From: Setoptus koraiensis
Taxonomy: Eukaryota; Animalia; Arthropoda
Length of the DNA stretch: 64,000 nucleotides
Assembly (NCBI GenBank): GCA_048013815.1
Contig: CM106586.1
Location: 14,322,001-14,386,000 of the forward strand
Reading direction: 5' to 3'
The position numbers and the translations under genes are program-made. Below, in pieces: positions 12,401-24,078 of the stretch. Every line of letters begins with the position of its first letter. The first letter of the stretch is position 1. The notes beneath the pieces were generated by a model that was not told the DNA's origin, ran no database searches, and was given only the letters and a program-made list of their open reading frames with translations.

Positions 12401-15400
12401 TGGAGAGACACCTATCATTGCTACAATAAGGCACACGATCGATTTTTTGTTTCTTTCACGAATCAAGTTTCATAAGTGTGTATGTCTCATATCCCGTCTA
12501 CTTCTAAAATAGAAATCAAATTAGAAGTCATGCGAAAATCAATCTATTCCAATCTCCTGTTAGCATCATCGGTATCAAATAGTAAAGGGGAAAAGAGAGA
12601 CATCGAGAGAGTAATTAGAGATTCATACATTTAATGAGTCAGCTATAGTGGACTAAGTGAAAAAATTCGTAAACAACACCAAAATCATTCCAGATTCACC
12701 TGTAGCATCAGATCACTAATAGAACAATAGTTGTAGTGCTTGTTTTAATCATTAATAATTTATGTTGATATAAAAGCTTATTAGTATTATGGCAACATGG
12801 CAACATTATCTCATCCAAAACCAGCTCCCCGAATCTCACGAAGAATACAATCAACAGGTGCAATATAAGAAGCAAATACACCTCTCAATGAAGCCATACT
12901 CTTTCACAACCGACTCATGCTGTGAAACACCTTTGCATATCTGATTGCTCTATACACATCCCTACTATCACTATCAAACTAAAGCAAAATTAGATGACAA
13001 AACTAACTCGTGCAAATATATTTTCGACTCTTTCATCATGTTTAAAGCAGCTCTCACAGACAACTTTAGGTTGGCAAGTTCTAGGTTTAGCAGCGAAGAT
13101 CTAGATGATCACCGGTCCGGAGATCAAGAATCGAAACAATTCAATCAAGATAGACCAAAGGTATCTATCAAAATTTCAAGCCAAAACAAGTCTATAACTC
13201 ATACCAACTCAGTCCAACTTAGTGTGCTAATACGAAAAATATCTTCTCTGCCTCAAAATTGTTGCTCCGATTATAGCCAGGAAAACTTGACCTAAAACAG
13301 TTTGATAATATAACCGATGCTATTAGAAAATTAAGTGTACAACCTACTTACAAGGTTACCGAAACTAGTCATTTGTCTGCCCAACAACAGAAGTTGTCCG
13401 ATAATTTACGATACCCCACTGATGAAAATGAGCAAACTGAGGTAAATAAGAGTGACATCCGACTGTTCTAGATTGTATGCATTTTCTTCATTTACTAAAT
13501 TTATTCTAAACATCATTACACTATAACATTCTCAGAAGCAGACATTTTTCAAGAGTCGAGTGCGCCGGGCCAAGAATGTGTCGCGGAGAACAAAGGAACT
13601 GTTAGAAAAAGGTAAGATTAACTTTAGCCATACTTTCGACCTATTTTTCTGAATGTTCAGTCAGTAGTGTGAAAAAATGAGACAAAACATATCTATAAAT
13701 TAGCTAGAGCATCCCACCTGTCCAGCTTCTATAAACTTACAACACTTACCCCCCAATTATTGCTTTTCCAACTACAAAAACCTACCGATTGCTCTAAAAT
13801 AGCTGACTCAGACTCTTACAGCGATGATCAAATTATAAACAACTCTGCCTCAACTAGTAACCATGGTAGAACCCAAATGTCTTTTGGGGGCGATAAAGTG
13901 ATTGAGCCATCGTCTGCAATGAAATTGAACAAATCAGCCTGCTTGAAACCTGGTCGAATCCCTATTCGTGATAGTAACAATGAACCTTTAGAAAGAACTT
14001 TAGATAATAGTTCAGAGGATTCATCATTATCTAAGAGGCACAGAGATAGTTATTCGCAGATTACGAGTAATGTTCACGATAGAAATGTTGTGAATTCAGA
14101 TAAAATTGATGATGTCAGAGATAGTTTAAGATTCGACACTGAATCAGATGGCACCAAAGCTGTACAGAAGTTGGCAGCTAGTCAAAACCATAACGAAGAC
14201 TCTGGCCCCAACAAGCAATACAATCAACTGATAACCGCATCACTGACTGCTGTAAACCGTCAGCATCATCAACAGACCAGTGATAATAATCTATCCACAA
14301 CACCTCAGCCAATCCAACATCAGTCTTCTAGTTTTTCAAACCGGCATCAAAATTTGTTGGCTAAAAGGTTACACCATTCAAGACAGAATCATGGTATAGC
14401 GGTAGCGCCTCCGCAACTGCCTCCATCCTCAGAATCTGACTCATTGAATACCAACAGCTCAATTATGCCAACATCTAATAACAAGCAAAAACGCTACAAT
14501 TCTCACCTAGTTAGTCAGGATATAAGTTCCTCCGTTGATGAAGATACTCTGAATAGCGAATACGATCAATCTCCCATTGCTCAACGACAACTAAAGCGCG
14601 TGATAGAGCACAAAGGTACTGCATCCCAATCAATAGTGACTCAATGGCTTTTTCTAGATTGCCATCCCCAACCCTCCTTGCCTCAATATAATAACTCTTT
14701 GTATATCTACACAAACGCTAGACTATCATGCTATTGACCTCTAATTTAACCATCCGTTACTATCTTTAAACTTTGCTTCGCCAACAATGCCCCATCTCAC
14801 GCTACTACTATATTCCAGTTTCTGAGCTCAACTCACCCTCAGAGAGTGATCTTTCCGAAAATAACAATGAAAATGACGACAAAGCAACTAATGCTGACGT
14901 TACAAACAAAGTACTAGACCCCTCGTCTGGTCCAAACTATCCTTCTTCCGATTCATGTCAACTACAGCAACAAGGAGGTAACTTATACTTCTGCTTTCTT
15001 TCTTCACGAAACATAATTTGTTGGATCTATCAATTTTACTAATCTGATGATACGCATCATCATATGAAATAGATTGAGCGATAGTAACAAAAAAACTGAC
15101 CATTTTCAAATAATAGCCAAAAAATATTAAAATTTTACTCTGAAATGCTTTCTTCTCTTCATTTATTAGGTACCAAAGATATTGTGCGTGACCAAGTATT
15201 GCCTGTTAACTCCAGCATCGACTCGAGTGAACTTATCAACTCTCGAGAGGCGGCCATCAGGCAATTGAATGAAATACTCGCGAACAAAGTGCACAGCAAA
15301 AGAGGCTTTTTGGCCGACGGCAGCCGACAACTGGAAAGACAATCGTCATTAGGAGATGAAGTAACTTCCGCTAATGAGAGTCAGGCGAGGAATTTAAATA

Positions 15401-16224
15401 GGAAAGATAAAAAGAAATCACGGGACACTGAAAAATTAGAAAAGCGCCGTCTCAAAGAAGAGGAAAGACAACGCAGGCAAGAAAAAAAGTTGGCCGCAAA
15501 ACGATCTAAATCAGGATCTGCTAACGGTAGCTCTTTATCTAGTGATGGCATACCAATATTTGTTAAAAAATGTATAGAATTTATCGAATTAGAAGGTTTA
15601 GATGCTGAAGGTATCTACAGAGTACCAGGCAACCGAGCTCATGTTGATGCTTTTGTTCAGAAATTTGAAGAAAACTCTGATGTTTCAATGGTAGAATTGG
15701 ACATTCCAGTGAATGCTGTCGCTACAGCTTTGAAAGATTTTCTATCTAAGAAGATGTCGCCCATGATACCGTCACCCCTCATGACTGAACTCACTGAATT
15801 GGCTAACATCCAGGATAAAGATCAACGTTTAATAGCTTTACAATCATTGATTTCAAGACTGCCACCCCCGAATCATAGACTGTTAACATACGTTTTCTCA
15901 CATTTCGTCAAGTAAGTACCCTCAATGATTTATCTTCTGTTCGAAGTTGTTAGAATCTCCATTGTAATCTATTTGATATGCCCTACCAATACATTAATGT
16001 AACTAATTCACAATATGTCTCCTATCTGAACTAACAGAGTCGCGGAAAATCATCGTCTCAATAGCATGGATAGTAAAAATCTGGCTATTTGTTGGTGGCC
16101 AACATTATTACCATTGAATTTCACCGATATGCTCATGTTCGAGCAAATGCGTCCCCATTTGGAGGCCACAGTACAAACTATGATAGACAAATTTTTTTAC
16201 ATTTTCAACTACAACATTGATTAA
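6409..16224 (+). CDS. RhoGAPp190: p190 RhoGAP (ARHGAP35/ARHGAP5 family), 9 exons, about 2344 aa
   Basis: N-terminal GTPase domain ([23 protein letters not shown]), FF region, pseudo-GTPase region and C-terminal RhoGAP (EGIYRVPGN...KNLAICWWPTL). GT-AG exons with consistent phases: 6409-9811, 9979-11367, 13060-13160, 13277-13441, 13536-13611, 13803-14615, 14819-14977, 15170-15911, 16038-16224; total 7035 nt, in frame. Middle exons are less certain than the ends. Confidence 0.9.
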
Positions 16225-16347
16225 GCTTGCTTAGTAATGAAATGACAAGAGACTCTTGACCCCGGTCACATCCATAGAAGATAATAAATTACTCGTTGAA
16301 TGCTTTCTCCTAATCAATATTGAATCAGTATGCTCTTTGTCGAACCA

Positions 16348-16590
16348 TTGAATAATTTTTTACTGCTGAGTTTGTAAAATGGCAAATATCTTGTGTTGCT
16401 AGGTGACCAACATTGATTAGATTCCCATGTTGTACTGATGAGAAACTAAATCTTTTGCTAGTCTGAGCATAAAAATGAATTCAACCATTTCTTTTCTGCA
16501 TCAATTCATCAAGATATTTCAATTGAACCGTCTTCACCTAAAATTCTGGCGAATAACGCCACAAAGAAATGTCTTGACAATATACAGCGG
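16348..16590 (+). pseudogene. Decayed duplicate of the upstream region and 5' end of the IFT140-like gene
   Basis: Aligns by eye to about 18423-18785 (tgttgctaggtgacca...tgtactgatgagaaac...tcttttgcta...aaaaatg...accattt) with substitutions and internal deletions. Confidence 0.75.
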
Positions 16591-16646
16591 ATTCGTGCCG
16601 TCGAGTGAATGTTAGAGTTTATTCATAATGTTAATAGACCAAAAAT

Positions 16647-17541
16647 TTATTCTATTGCAGCCTGTGGTGTATTTCGAAAGAAGCCTCTCCATACAATATA
16701 AGCTAGAGGTAATGCAATCGAAACTAAACTGAGTATAAGCAGCATCATTATTAAGGATATATGATGTATTAGTGCCTCGATGCAGCCATGTCTGAGCATC
16801 ACAGAGGGTTTGCAGAACAATTCCTTTGTAAACAATTGCGCTGGTAACATACCCTCCTGACCATCGCAACAAGACTTTGGGTGCATGCCGAATTTTTCTT
16901 TTTCTATATCAGATCCACCCCAGTCGGATGGATCATTCAATCCGCAGCAGTGCCCCGTGCACTGTAGATTATCCCATAGTCTTGTGGCATTTTGGGCTGA
17001 CGTAAGTTTTAATGGCCACTTGTCCCTGTTGTCTACCCAATCGTAGAGTTTCTGTGCATCTTGAAGAATACTTCGGAATCTTCTAGTTGTGCCAGCCTCT
17101 TTTGGTATCTTAATGAGCACAATCGAGCATATGATTATAGTGATCATCGCCACGATAGCAAACTTGGATGGAATAATATATATAATATAACACAACAGAC
17201 ACGATGTGGTAGTTAAAGAAGCTGCTACTGAACTCATTGTATCCGACATGTTACAAACGATTGGCGTTGAGATTGATGATACGTACCAATTGATTGGCCT
17301 TCTCTTGATATAGGGTACAAAATCCAAGCAAAGAAGTGAGTACAATCAGGCTGGCACAAGCCCATAGCCAGCATGAGACATCTTGTAGTATTAGGAATCT
17401 TGGGTCGTATAAATTGGCGTAAAATGATTTGGCCACTGGTATTCCAATGAACAATGCTATGCCTAAAGTAGCGGTTGCGACAAATCCCACCAAAAGTATA
17501 GTCTGACTGGTGGATAATTTGGAAATGGATTCTGATGTCAT
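16647..17541 (-). CDS. Tetraspanin, 2 exons (17541-17287, 17162-16647), about 256 aa
   Basis: Four hydrophobic segments; large loop with CCG, PKSCC and GC motifs. A phase-0 intron GTACGT...CCAAG joins the two overlapping ORFs of the track. Confidence 0.85.
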
Positions 17542-18602
17542 TGTTGTATATTTGAAAATGATTGAGGCAACAATTAATAAATCGGGCAAAATTCAATTCA
17601 ATCGACATGCAAAATTGAATAAATTTTGCAAAATAAGAAAAAACTAATGTCGAACTGTTGATCCTCGAATGCAGCACATTTAATTGGTTTTATTGTCTTT
17701 TCTACACCTAGAAACTTGGCTTGGTTAGATCTATAACGCTCAAGATTGCAATCGATATGAGAAATTTGCTGACAATTAAAATGATGGTACCCGTTATTCT
17801 GGTGAAACGGTGCAATCAGTTTCAAACAACAAGATATCATCAAAAAGATTGTACAATTAGAATCAGTGCATCCCATCACGATGATTCATCTAACAAAGGT
17901 ATTTTGCAAACAATGTTTTGCGAGATGAAAATCAGTGGCAAACATTGTATTGATGCCACACGAATTCTAACGTCCGGGCTCGAAAAATTAACAAGTGTGT
18001 GCAAGCTTTCCAATCTCGCTACTATCTCAAGATTTACTAACAAAGTAACAAAGTAGAAGAGTTGTGAGAGTCTCGTCTAACACAAACAACTTGGCTTGTG
18101 GAAGCCATGAAAACTACGCTTTTTGATGACGGGGCAAGTGTATTGTTTAAATTGACCCGATGATGTTAGGGAGACGATCAGATAAATAAATGAATAGAGG
18201 TGCCGACTTTCTCATGCGTACTACAAAAGCGCAGTTTAACAATGCAGTCAGTATTTGTGTCAAAAAAGCTTGCGTTTCACGTGCTGTCACACGCAAATAT
18301 AACTTACATCTTTCACATCTTCAGGTCTACACGACGCTGTTGTGCCTCATAAAAGCTATCTTTGTGGTTTTTGGCGGCATCTAGAATGAGAGCATCTTTG
18401 TTTTCATCTCACAGAAATCGAATTGAATAACTTATTATTGCTGAAAAAAAAACCCGAGAGTTAAGTTCCCCTAGGTCACCTTGTGAGTCTACCAAATGCG
18501 GAATTTCTTCTGTTGCTAGGTGACCAGCATTGCTCATGCAATGATTAGATTTCTATATTGTACTGATGAGAAACAAATTCTTTTGCTAATCTGAACAGAA
18601 AA

Positions 18603-20576
18603 ATGGACTTTACCATTTTGGACAAAGCAACAAAGTTGAATGACTACAGACTAAAATTATTCCTAAAGAAGAATTTCCATGTGCCACTCGACCACCCGGA
18701 TAAAGATGTCAACGCGAAAATTTGGAGATCATTGGCTAAGTCAAGTATTGACCACAGAAATGATGTCTTGGCGCAAATATGCTTCAAAAAATTAGGATTG
18801 GTATCTCCGAATTTCACAATAGGTTATCCACAATTTTCCGGTAGCATTCCTTATGATAAGAGACTATTATTATTGAGACTAGCGCACGATTTACAGTTGT
18901 CCTCACAGATTGATGATCTCACACATGAAATTCAAGAAATAACGAAATTGCAATCCTCTTTTGCTAAAGGAAGGGATATTGATTTGCTATTAGACAATCT
19001 TATGAAACAAAACAGATGGTCTGAAGCTCTAACTTTGGCGGAAAAGAAGGGAAAGGATGACACGATCAGTTTGGTAAATTATAATTATGCGTCATATCTG
19101 GAAGATGAACAACAATATGAAAAAGCAATCGCACACTATGAGGCGAGTGGGTCAATAGTCAACAAGATTACGTCTGTTATTATGAGAATCACTGAAGATC
19201 ACCGGCAGTTACAGCAGTATTGCACTAAAAGTCCTGGTGGAGTCGAAAATGATAGGAAAAGAGAACTGATTTTCTGGTATGCTTGCTTCCTACGAGATCA
19301 CGGCGAAGAAAGCAAAAAAAGAGAATATTTTCCCCAAATCAAAAAATTATTCTTGGACATCGGCCATTTTGGTCAGGCCATAGATTTGTGTTGTTCTTTG
19401 AATGAGGCTAATGAGGCATTGACTCTCATTAATACTGAAGTTGCAGACGATGAAATTCTTGACTGTATCAATGGAAATCATCTCTCGAAGATCTCTAACA
19501 ACAATTTGAATTTTACACAACGGAAAATCGCAGCCACTCAATTGGGGAGAGAGCTTGTAAGAAGGTTCGCCTATCATAATGAGCAACACTCACATAATGC
19601 ATCTATAAATTTGTACCTGTTAGTGGATTCAATTTATCCAGCTATTGTTTGTTTATTAAATGAGCCACATTGTAACAGACTGAACTGTCTACAGTTAGCA
19701 TTGAGATTCACAACTTGCACATCGGTTATCTATCATTCCTTAATATCCTATTACAACTCTCTCAAGCTAGTTGATCCATCATTATCAAGGCCAATAGCTA
19801 CAGCCAACGCATTGATTGAAGGGGACCAAGATATCCACGCGATACTACCACGAGCCTACCTAAAGTTAGGACTACTCGACGAGGCAATACAATACTGTTT
19901 CACCAATAATCCCGATTCGTTATCGGGACTTTTAGCAGACTTGGAAATTCTTAAGGCACCTTATCAACCTGGACTCAACTTAATCCTATCTAAAAATGCC
20001 ATCAAGACTTTGATTTCAACTGCTAGCGAGGAGCCTGGTCGTATAGAAATTGTCACTCAACTTCTTATCAGATCTTTACAGAGTATAATACTTTATAGAT
20101 ATCAAACCAGTGACAGCGACCTATTGATCAAGGCACATATTGAGGTCATTCAAAGAACTGTAGCCGATCACGATTTTGGTATAAAAGATTCCATCGTTGA
20201 TGATATATGTTCTCTAGATACTAGAACAGCCTTGTCAACTAGTTTAATTCAGCTTGCTGGTGACAACTCTGCTTTGTCATATGACGAGGATATATTAAGT
20301 CGCCTAATCAATAAGTTTCGTGATGTGGTAATTAAAGAACTTGCTTCAAAATGCTCAACACAGGGTCAATATAAGCAGGCTGCTAAGTTATATAGTAAGC
20401 TGGGTGATCGTCTTAGCGCTATAAAAGTTTTAATGAGGACTAACGAAGTAGATATTGTTGTTAGTTATGCTTTGGTAGCCAAGGATAAGGCTGTATATCA
20501 ACTCACCGCTAATTATCTTAAATATTCAAAAGCAGATCCTAAAATGATCAAACTGATTCAAGACAAAATCATATGA
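18603..20576 (+). CDS. IFT140: IFT140-like protein, central TPR/alpha-solenoid part only (657 aa)
   Basis: KIWRSLAK...VLAQICF, DLLLDNLMKQNRWSEALTLAE...YNYASYLE, and ELASKCSTQGQYKQAAKLYSKLGDRLSAIKVLMRTNEVDIVVSYA...YQLTANYL match recalled IFT140 motifs. Confidence 0.75.
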   Translation: MDFTILDKATKLNDYRLKLFLKKNFHVPLDHPDKDVNAKIWRSLAKSSIDHRNDVLAQICFKKLGLVSPNFTIGYPQFSGSIPYDKRLLLLRLAHDLQLSSQIDDLTHEIQEITKLQSSFAKGRDIDLLLDNLMKQNRWSEALTLAEKKGKDDTISLVNYNYASYLEDEQQYEKAIAHYEASGSIVNKITSVIMRITEDHRQLQQYCTKSPGGVENDRKRELIFWYACFLRDHGEESKKREYFPQIKKLFLDIGHFGQAIDLCCSLNEANEALTLINTEVADDEILDCINGNHLSKISNNNLNFTQRKIAATQLGRELVRRFAYHNEQHSHNASINLYLLVDSIYPAIVCLLNEPHCNRLNCLQLALRFTTCTSVIYHSLISYYNSLKLVDPSLSRPIATANALIEGDQDIHAILPRAYLKLGLLDEAIQYCFTNNPDSLSGLLADLEILKAPYQPGLNLILSKNAIKTLISTASEEPGRIEIVTQLLIRSLQSIILYRYQTSDSDLLIKAHIEVIQRTVADHDFGIKDSIVDDICSLDTRTALSTSLIQLAGDNSALSYDEDILSRLINKFRDVVIKELASKCSTQGQYKQAAKLYSKLGDRLSAIKVLMRTNEVDIVVSYALVAKDKAVYQLTANYLKYSKADPKMIKLIQDKII

Positions 20577-21154
20577 GTCATCTGAGTTGTAGCAATATAG
20601 TATGAGTGTCCAAAACATTCATCAGATTAAATCGATCTAATATAAATAGTCATAAGTATAAGCTTGAGTTAGATTAGATGCGAGTGATCAAAGGAAAAAA
20701 TGTCACTGTCAGGCACAAGTTTTTGTGGGAAACTTGTGACAATGAATGTTTGTTGATTAATCTGGCATCAGCAAACAATATTTATTATTTGACACAATAA
20801 GAGAAGGACAATCAGATAGTTGCAAGAAAAACTATCTTCTCGAAGTATCTCATTCCGATTTCTTCGTCACTCGATAGCATCGTGTGTTTAAGGCGATTGA
20901 AGAGCATAGCACTTCTTGCTTATCATTAGTTAACATACTCGTTAATTTATGAGTTTATATTATACTAATATCAGCTCTAACTTGTTGTTGCCTTCTAAAT
21001 TTGTTGTCTGCTTATATGGCGTGTTTCTATCGCCATCGTTAGCAGTAGACCACACATTACAGCTTTGAGTCGAACAATATTCAACATCCGCAATAGAGCA
21101 AATTCAATAATAATTAAACGAAACACAGTTTCCGTACCACCATCATTAGGAACC

Positions 21155-22651
21155 ATGGCTCACCTAACTAATTATGCTCTCTATATCATTTTCTTTTTGA
21201 ATGTATTAAATGTATCTTTCATCTACGTTACTAAAACAGAGAACAACAATCGAAAGAACGGCCTTAAAAATGAAAAATTCATCAACTATTGGACCGAGGG
21301 AAAAAATTTTGGGCCAATAAAGTATTTCATTGAACACAAAGAGGGAAAATTTGATCGTCTTAGAACGAAAAATGTCTATAGTGGCTATGCTCTTCTCAAT
21401 CAAATAGGTTTCAATTTCAAACTTTCAGATATAGAACAACTGCAGGAATGTAATGCTAGCTTGACATCAAATCTGCCTATGAAATATGCCTGCATGCCAC
21501 TTGTCAAACATTTCAGCCAATCAGAAATAGAGCCACCTAGGATCAATGATGATGTCGGCGTATCATTAGCAGACGTTGAGTATTTCAAACTCAAAAGAAT
21601 CAAGCTTAAACTCAAGATGAGCCCGAGCCTGCGAGAGGCTCTTCTACCCAGCGGAATAGTTGTCGAGGTGCTGCAGTATTCTCGAGCAGAACAGCCAATT
21701 GACGAAAACAAAGAGGGAAGTGAGCCAAGCGCAATCAAGAGGCAATTCTGGGAAGTACAGATGCATCAACCATATAATATCTTATGTTCCGGTGACATAG
21801 GACAATCGCATGACTTAGTGAAAGATGTTCTAGAAAACTTGAAAATATTCACCTCCATGTCTGGCTTTTTAGAGTCGATCACACACAACAAAAACTACAC
21901 CGCCAGCCTTAATAATTTTTCCTGTAAAATAGTAGATAAAGTGAATGTTGGTTCAAAACTCGAAGTTAATGAAGAGTTGCCAACATCAAAAATATCATCA
22001 GCTTTCGAGTTGGTCCAATCCTTGAACATCTCGCTGCAAGACAGATGTCCTCGATGGACGTTAGAACATTCAGCCAATTCTATGCCAACAAAAGAAGCTT
22101 TGAATTATCATGGCCAAATCCAAGATCATTGTGATAACTTGCAGGAGAGTGTTTTGAACACAACTATCTCCATGAATTTAACTTCTTCGGCCTTACCACT
22201 AATCAATTCCCAGCTCTCACAAATGTTTATTCATAACACCATCACGAAAGATGGCTGGGAGAGCATGGTAATGACAAATCCCCTAGTATCGGTCTATGTG
22301 AATGCCAATTGGTCGTCCCAATCTTATTCAAAGACACTGAAAGTTACTTCAGCTCTACCAGATCTGGAGGAAGTCGCAATGATCACCAAGCCGGAGCCGG
22401 ACCTTCCAGGTGATTATCTCACAGGCAACCACGAGAAGGTTGCGCAATCTTTACTAGAGGCCAGTTATAATACAGAAGAACCTTATGACTATGTTGATTT
22501 CGGATTTAGAGTGAAGAAAAACAGAATTCTTCAATTTTTATTGTCAGCTCTGCATGAACCATCAGTATTAAAGGAGACGTCGAGTGATCCATCAGAACAG
22601 GTGCATGATACCCCAAATTTAAGTCATGTAGGACTGAGTAATGAATTATAA
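21155..22651 (+). CDS. Uncharacterised secreted or type II membrane glycoprotein (498 aa)
   Basis: Long ORF, ACCATGG start context at 21155, N-terminal hydrophobic stretch (YALYIIFFLNVLNVSFIYV), many N-x-S/T sites. No family recognised. Confidence 0.75.
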   Translation: MAHLTNYALYIIFFLNVLNVSFIYVTKTENNNRKNGLKNEKFINYWTEGKNFGPIKYFIEHKEGKFDRLRTKNVYSGYALLNQIGFNFKLSDIEQLQECNASLTSNLPMKYACMPLVKHFSQSEIEPPRINDDVGVSLADVEYFKLKRIKLKLKMSPSLREALLPSGIVVEVLQYSRAEQPIDENKEGSEPSAIKRQFWEVQMHQPYNILCSGDIGQSHDLVKDVLENLKIFTSMSGFLESITHNKNYTASLNNFSCKIVDKVNVGSKLEVNEELPTSKISSAFELVQSLNISLQDRCPRWTLEHSANSMPTKEALNYHGQIQDHCDNLQESVLNTTISMNLTSSALPLINSQLSQMFIHNTITKDGWESMVMTNPLVSVYVNANWSSQSYSKTLKVTSALPDLEEVAMITKPEPDLPGDYLTGNHEKVAQSLLEASYNTEEPYDYVDFGFRVKKNRILQFLLSALHEPSVLKETSSDPSEQVHDTPNLSHVGLSNEL

Positions 22652-23071
22652 TATCAAAAATGACAATCCATCCTTTTCAGCCATCGATGAACAGAGATCT
22701 CTTTTATGTGTTAAGCCAAGTTCGGAAATAATCTTTGATGAGAGTTTTATTTCAAGTTCGGTCATGTCGGTAGTATATGATATGATAATTGTAATTCAGT
22801 GGTTTACAATAATGAAGACAATTACTTTCGTTGTAACAGTCAGTAGGTTCGCATAGAACTGTTTTGTGTTTATAAGTCATCTTGTATTGTTATTATATAT
22901 TGAAAAAATTCCTAGATATTGATGGGAGAATGGCTTGTGTAACTTATGCAGCGTTGGGTTACAGAGTTCTGTGCGAAAAAGCACACTTATTATTGGCGAA
23001 AACTGCTGTAATAAATGTATTCGTAGTTGATAATGTGACATGTGTGTGTGAATATGTGTGTGTGCGTTTAT

Positions 23072-23593
23072 TCACGCGGCTGTCTCTTCTGTGGGTGCCT
23101 GCTCGCCTTCATTGACCACTTTAACTTTCTTTGGTGAGCTCTCAGTTTTGTCGCCGGCCTCAACGGCTTCTGACACATCATCGGCTTCTTTTCGTTTACA
23201 CACACCATTTGTCTCATTTTCGAACCCTTCTTTGGATTTGCCATTTTCGGCGGCTTTACCATTACCATTTTCAGCTGCTGTCTCTGAGTGTTTTGTGTCA
23301 TCTGACTCAACTTGTTCACCAGCGGTTTCTACAACTTTGTTGTCTCCATTTTCAACCTTTTCATTATCGGTAGCTGAAGCATCCACTGGCTTGTCATCTG
23401 TTGGCTCAACTGTCTGTTCGGCGGCCTCTTTTTGTTCCTCTGTGACTTGTTCGTCGTCTTTTGAAACTTGTTCTACTTGTGGTTCAGCTGTCGTGGTTTG
23501 CTCTGATGTTGCACTGGCATCAACTGGAGCCTCTTCGGTCACCTTGGCTACTTCCTCAACGTTGGCGACTGGAACTTGCTGTTCAGTAGACAT
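23072..23593 (-). CDS. Acidic disordered nuclear protein, Df31/prothymosin-like (173 aa)
   Basis: E/D/A/T-rich, ENG repeats, C-terminal KRK...SPKKVK bipartite NLS with CDK-type SP site, ends in EETAA. Same layout as recalled Drosophila Df31. Confidence 0.7.
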   Translation of the reverse strand: MSTEQQVPVANVEEVAKVTEEAPVDASATSEQTTTAEPQVEQVSKDDEQVTEEQKEAAEQTVEPTDDKPVDASATDNEKVENGDNKVVETAGEQVESDDTKHSETAAENGNGKAAENGKSKEGFENETNGVCKRKEADDVSEAVEAGDKTESSPKKVKVVNEGEQAPTEETAA

Positions 23594-24052
23594 GATGATT
23601 TGTTGTTGTAATTATTATATTATTGACGATTGTCGAGATTGTTGAAAATAATTTCTGCAGTGTGTCGCGAGGCTTGTTCACTATTTGTATATATTATATT
23701 ATCAATGTATTTTTCTAGATTGGCGTGATATAATGATATAAATTAGACTCGTGTAGCAATATTGTATAAATTATAAATGTATAAATTGGTTGTTATTATT
23801 AGTTATTGATGTTAATAGAAAAAAATAATAATTGTCGTAATGCAACTTATAGAATATTGAACTAACCGATCGAATGTAGAATGTAATGTAGTAATGCGTT
23901 GAGATTCGGTGGTGCCGACAATTGATTGAAAGCGAGAGAGTGCGGTAGTGTCTGTGCGTCCGTCCGTCTGTGCGTTCGTTCGTCCGTCCGTCTGTCTGCC
24001 TGTGCGTGTGTGTGTGAAGTTCTTCTGCTATTCCCGCTGCTCACTACAACTA

Positions 24053-24078
24053 CTGCTGCTGCTGCTGCTGCTGCTGCT
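24053..24078. repeat. (CTG)n microsatellite in a microsatellite-rich non-coding block (about 23.9-24.6 kb)
   Basis: Direct reading; further (CA)n at about 24336-24360 and (CTG)n at about 24531-24550. Confidence 0.9.

Noticed and set aside
21155-22651. Membralin or mitoribosomal mL37 similarity
   Set aside because: Only a few residues match; spacing and TM topology disagree.
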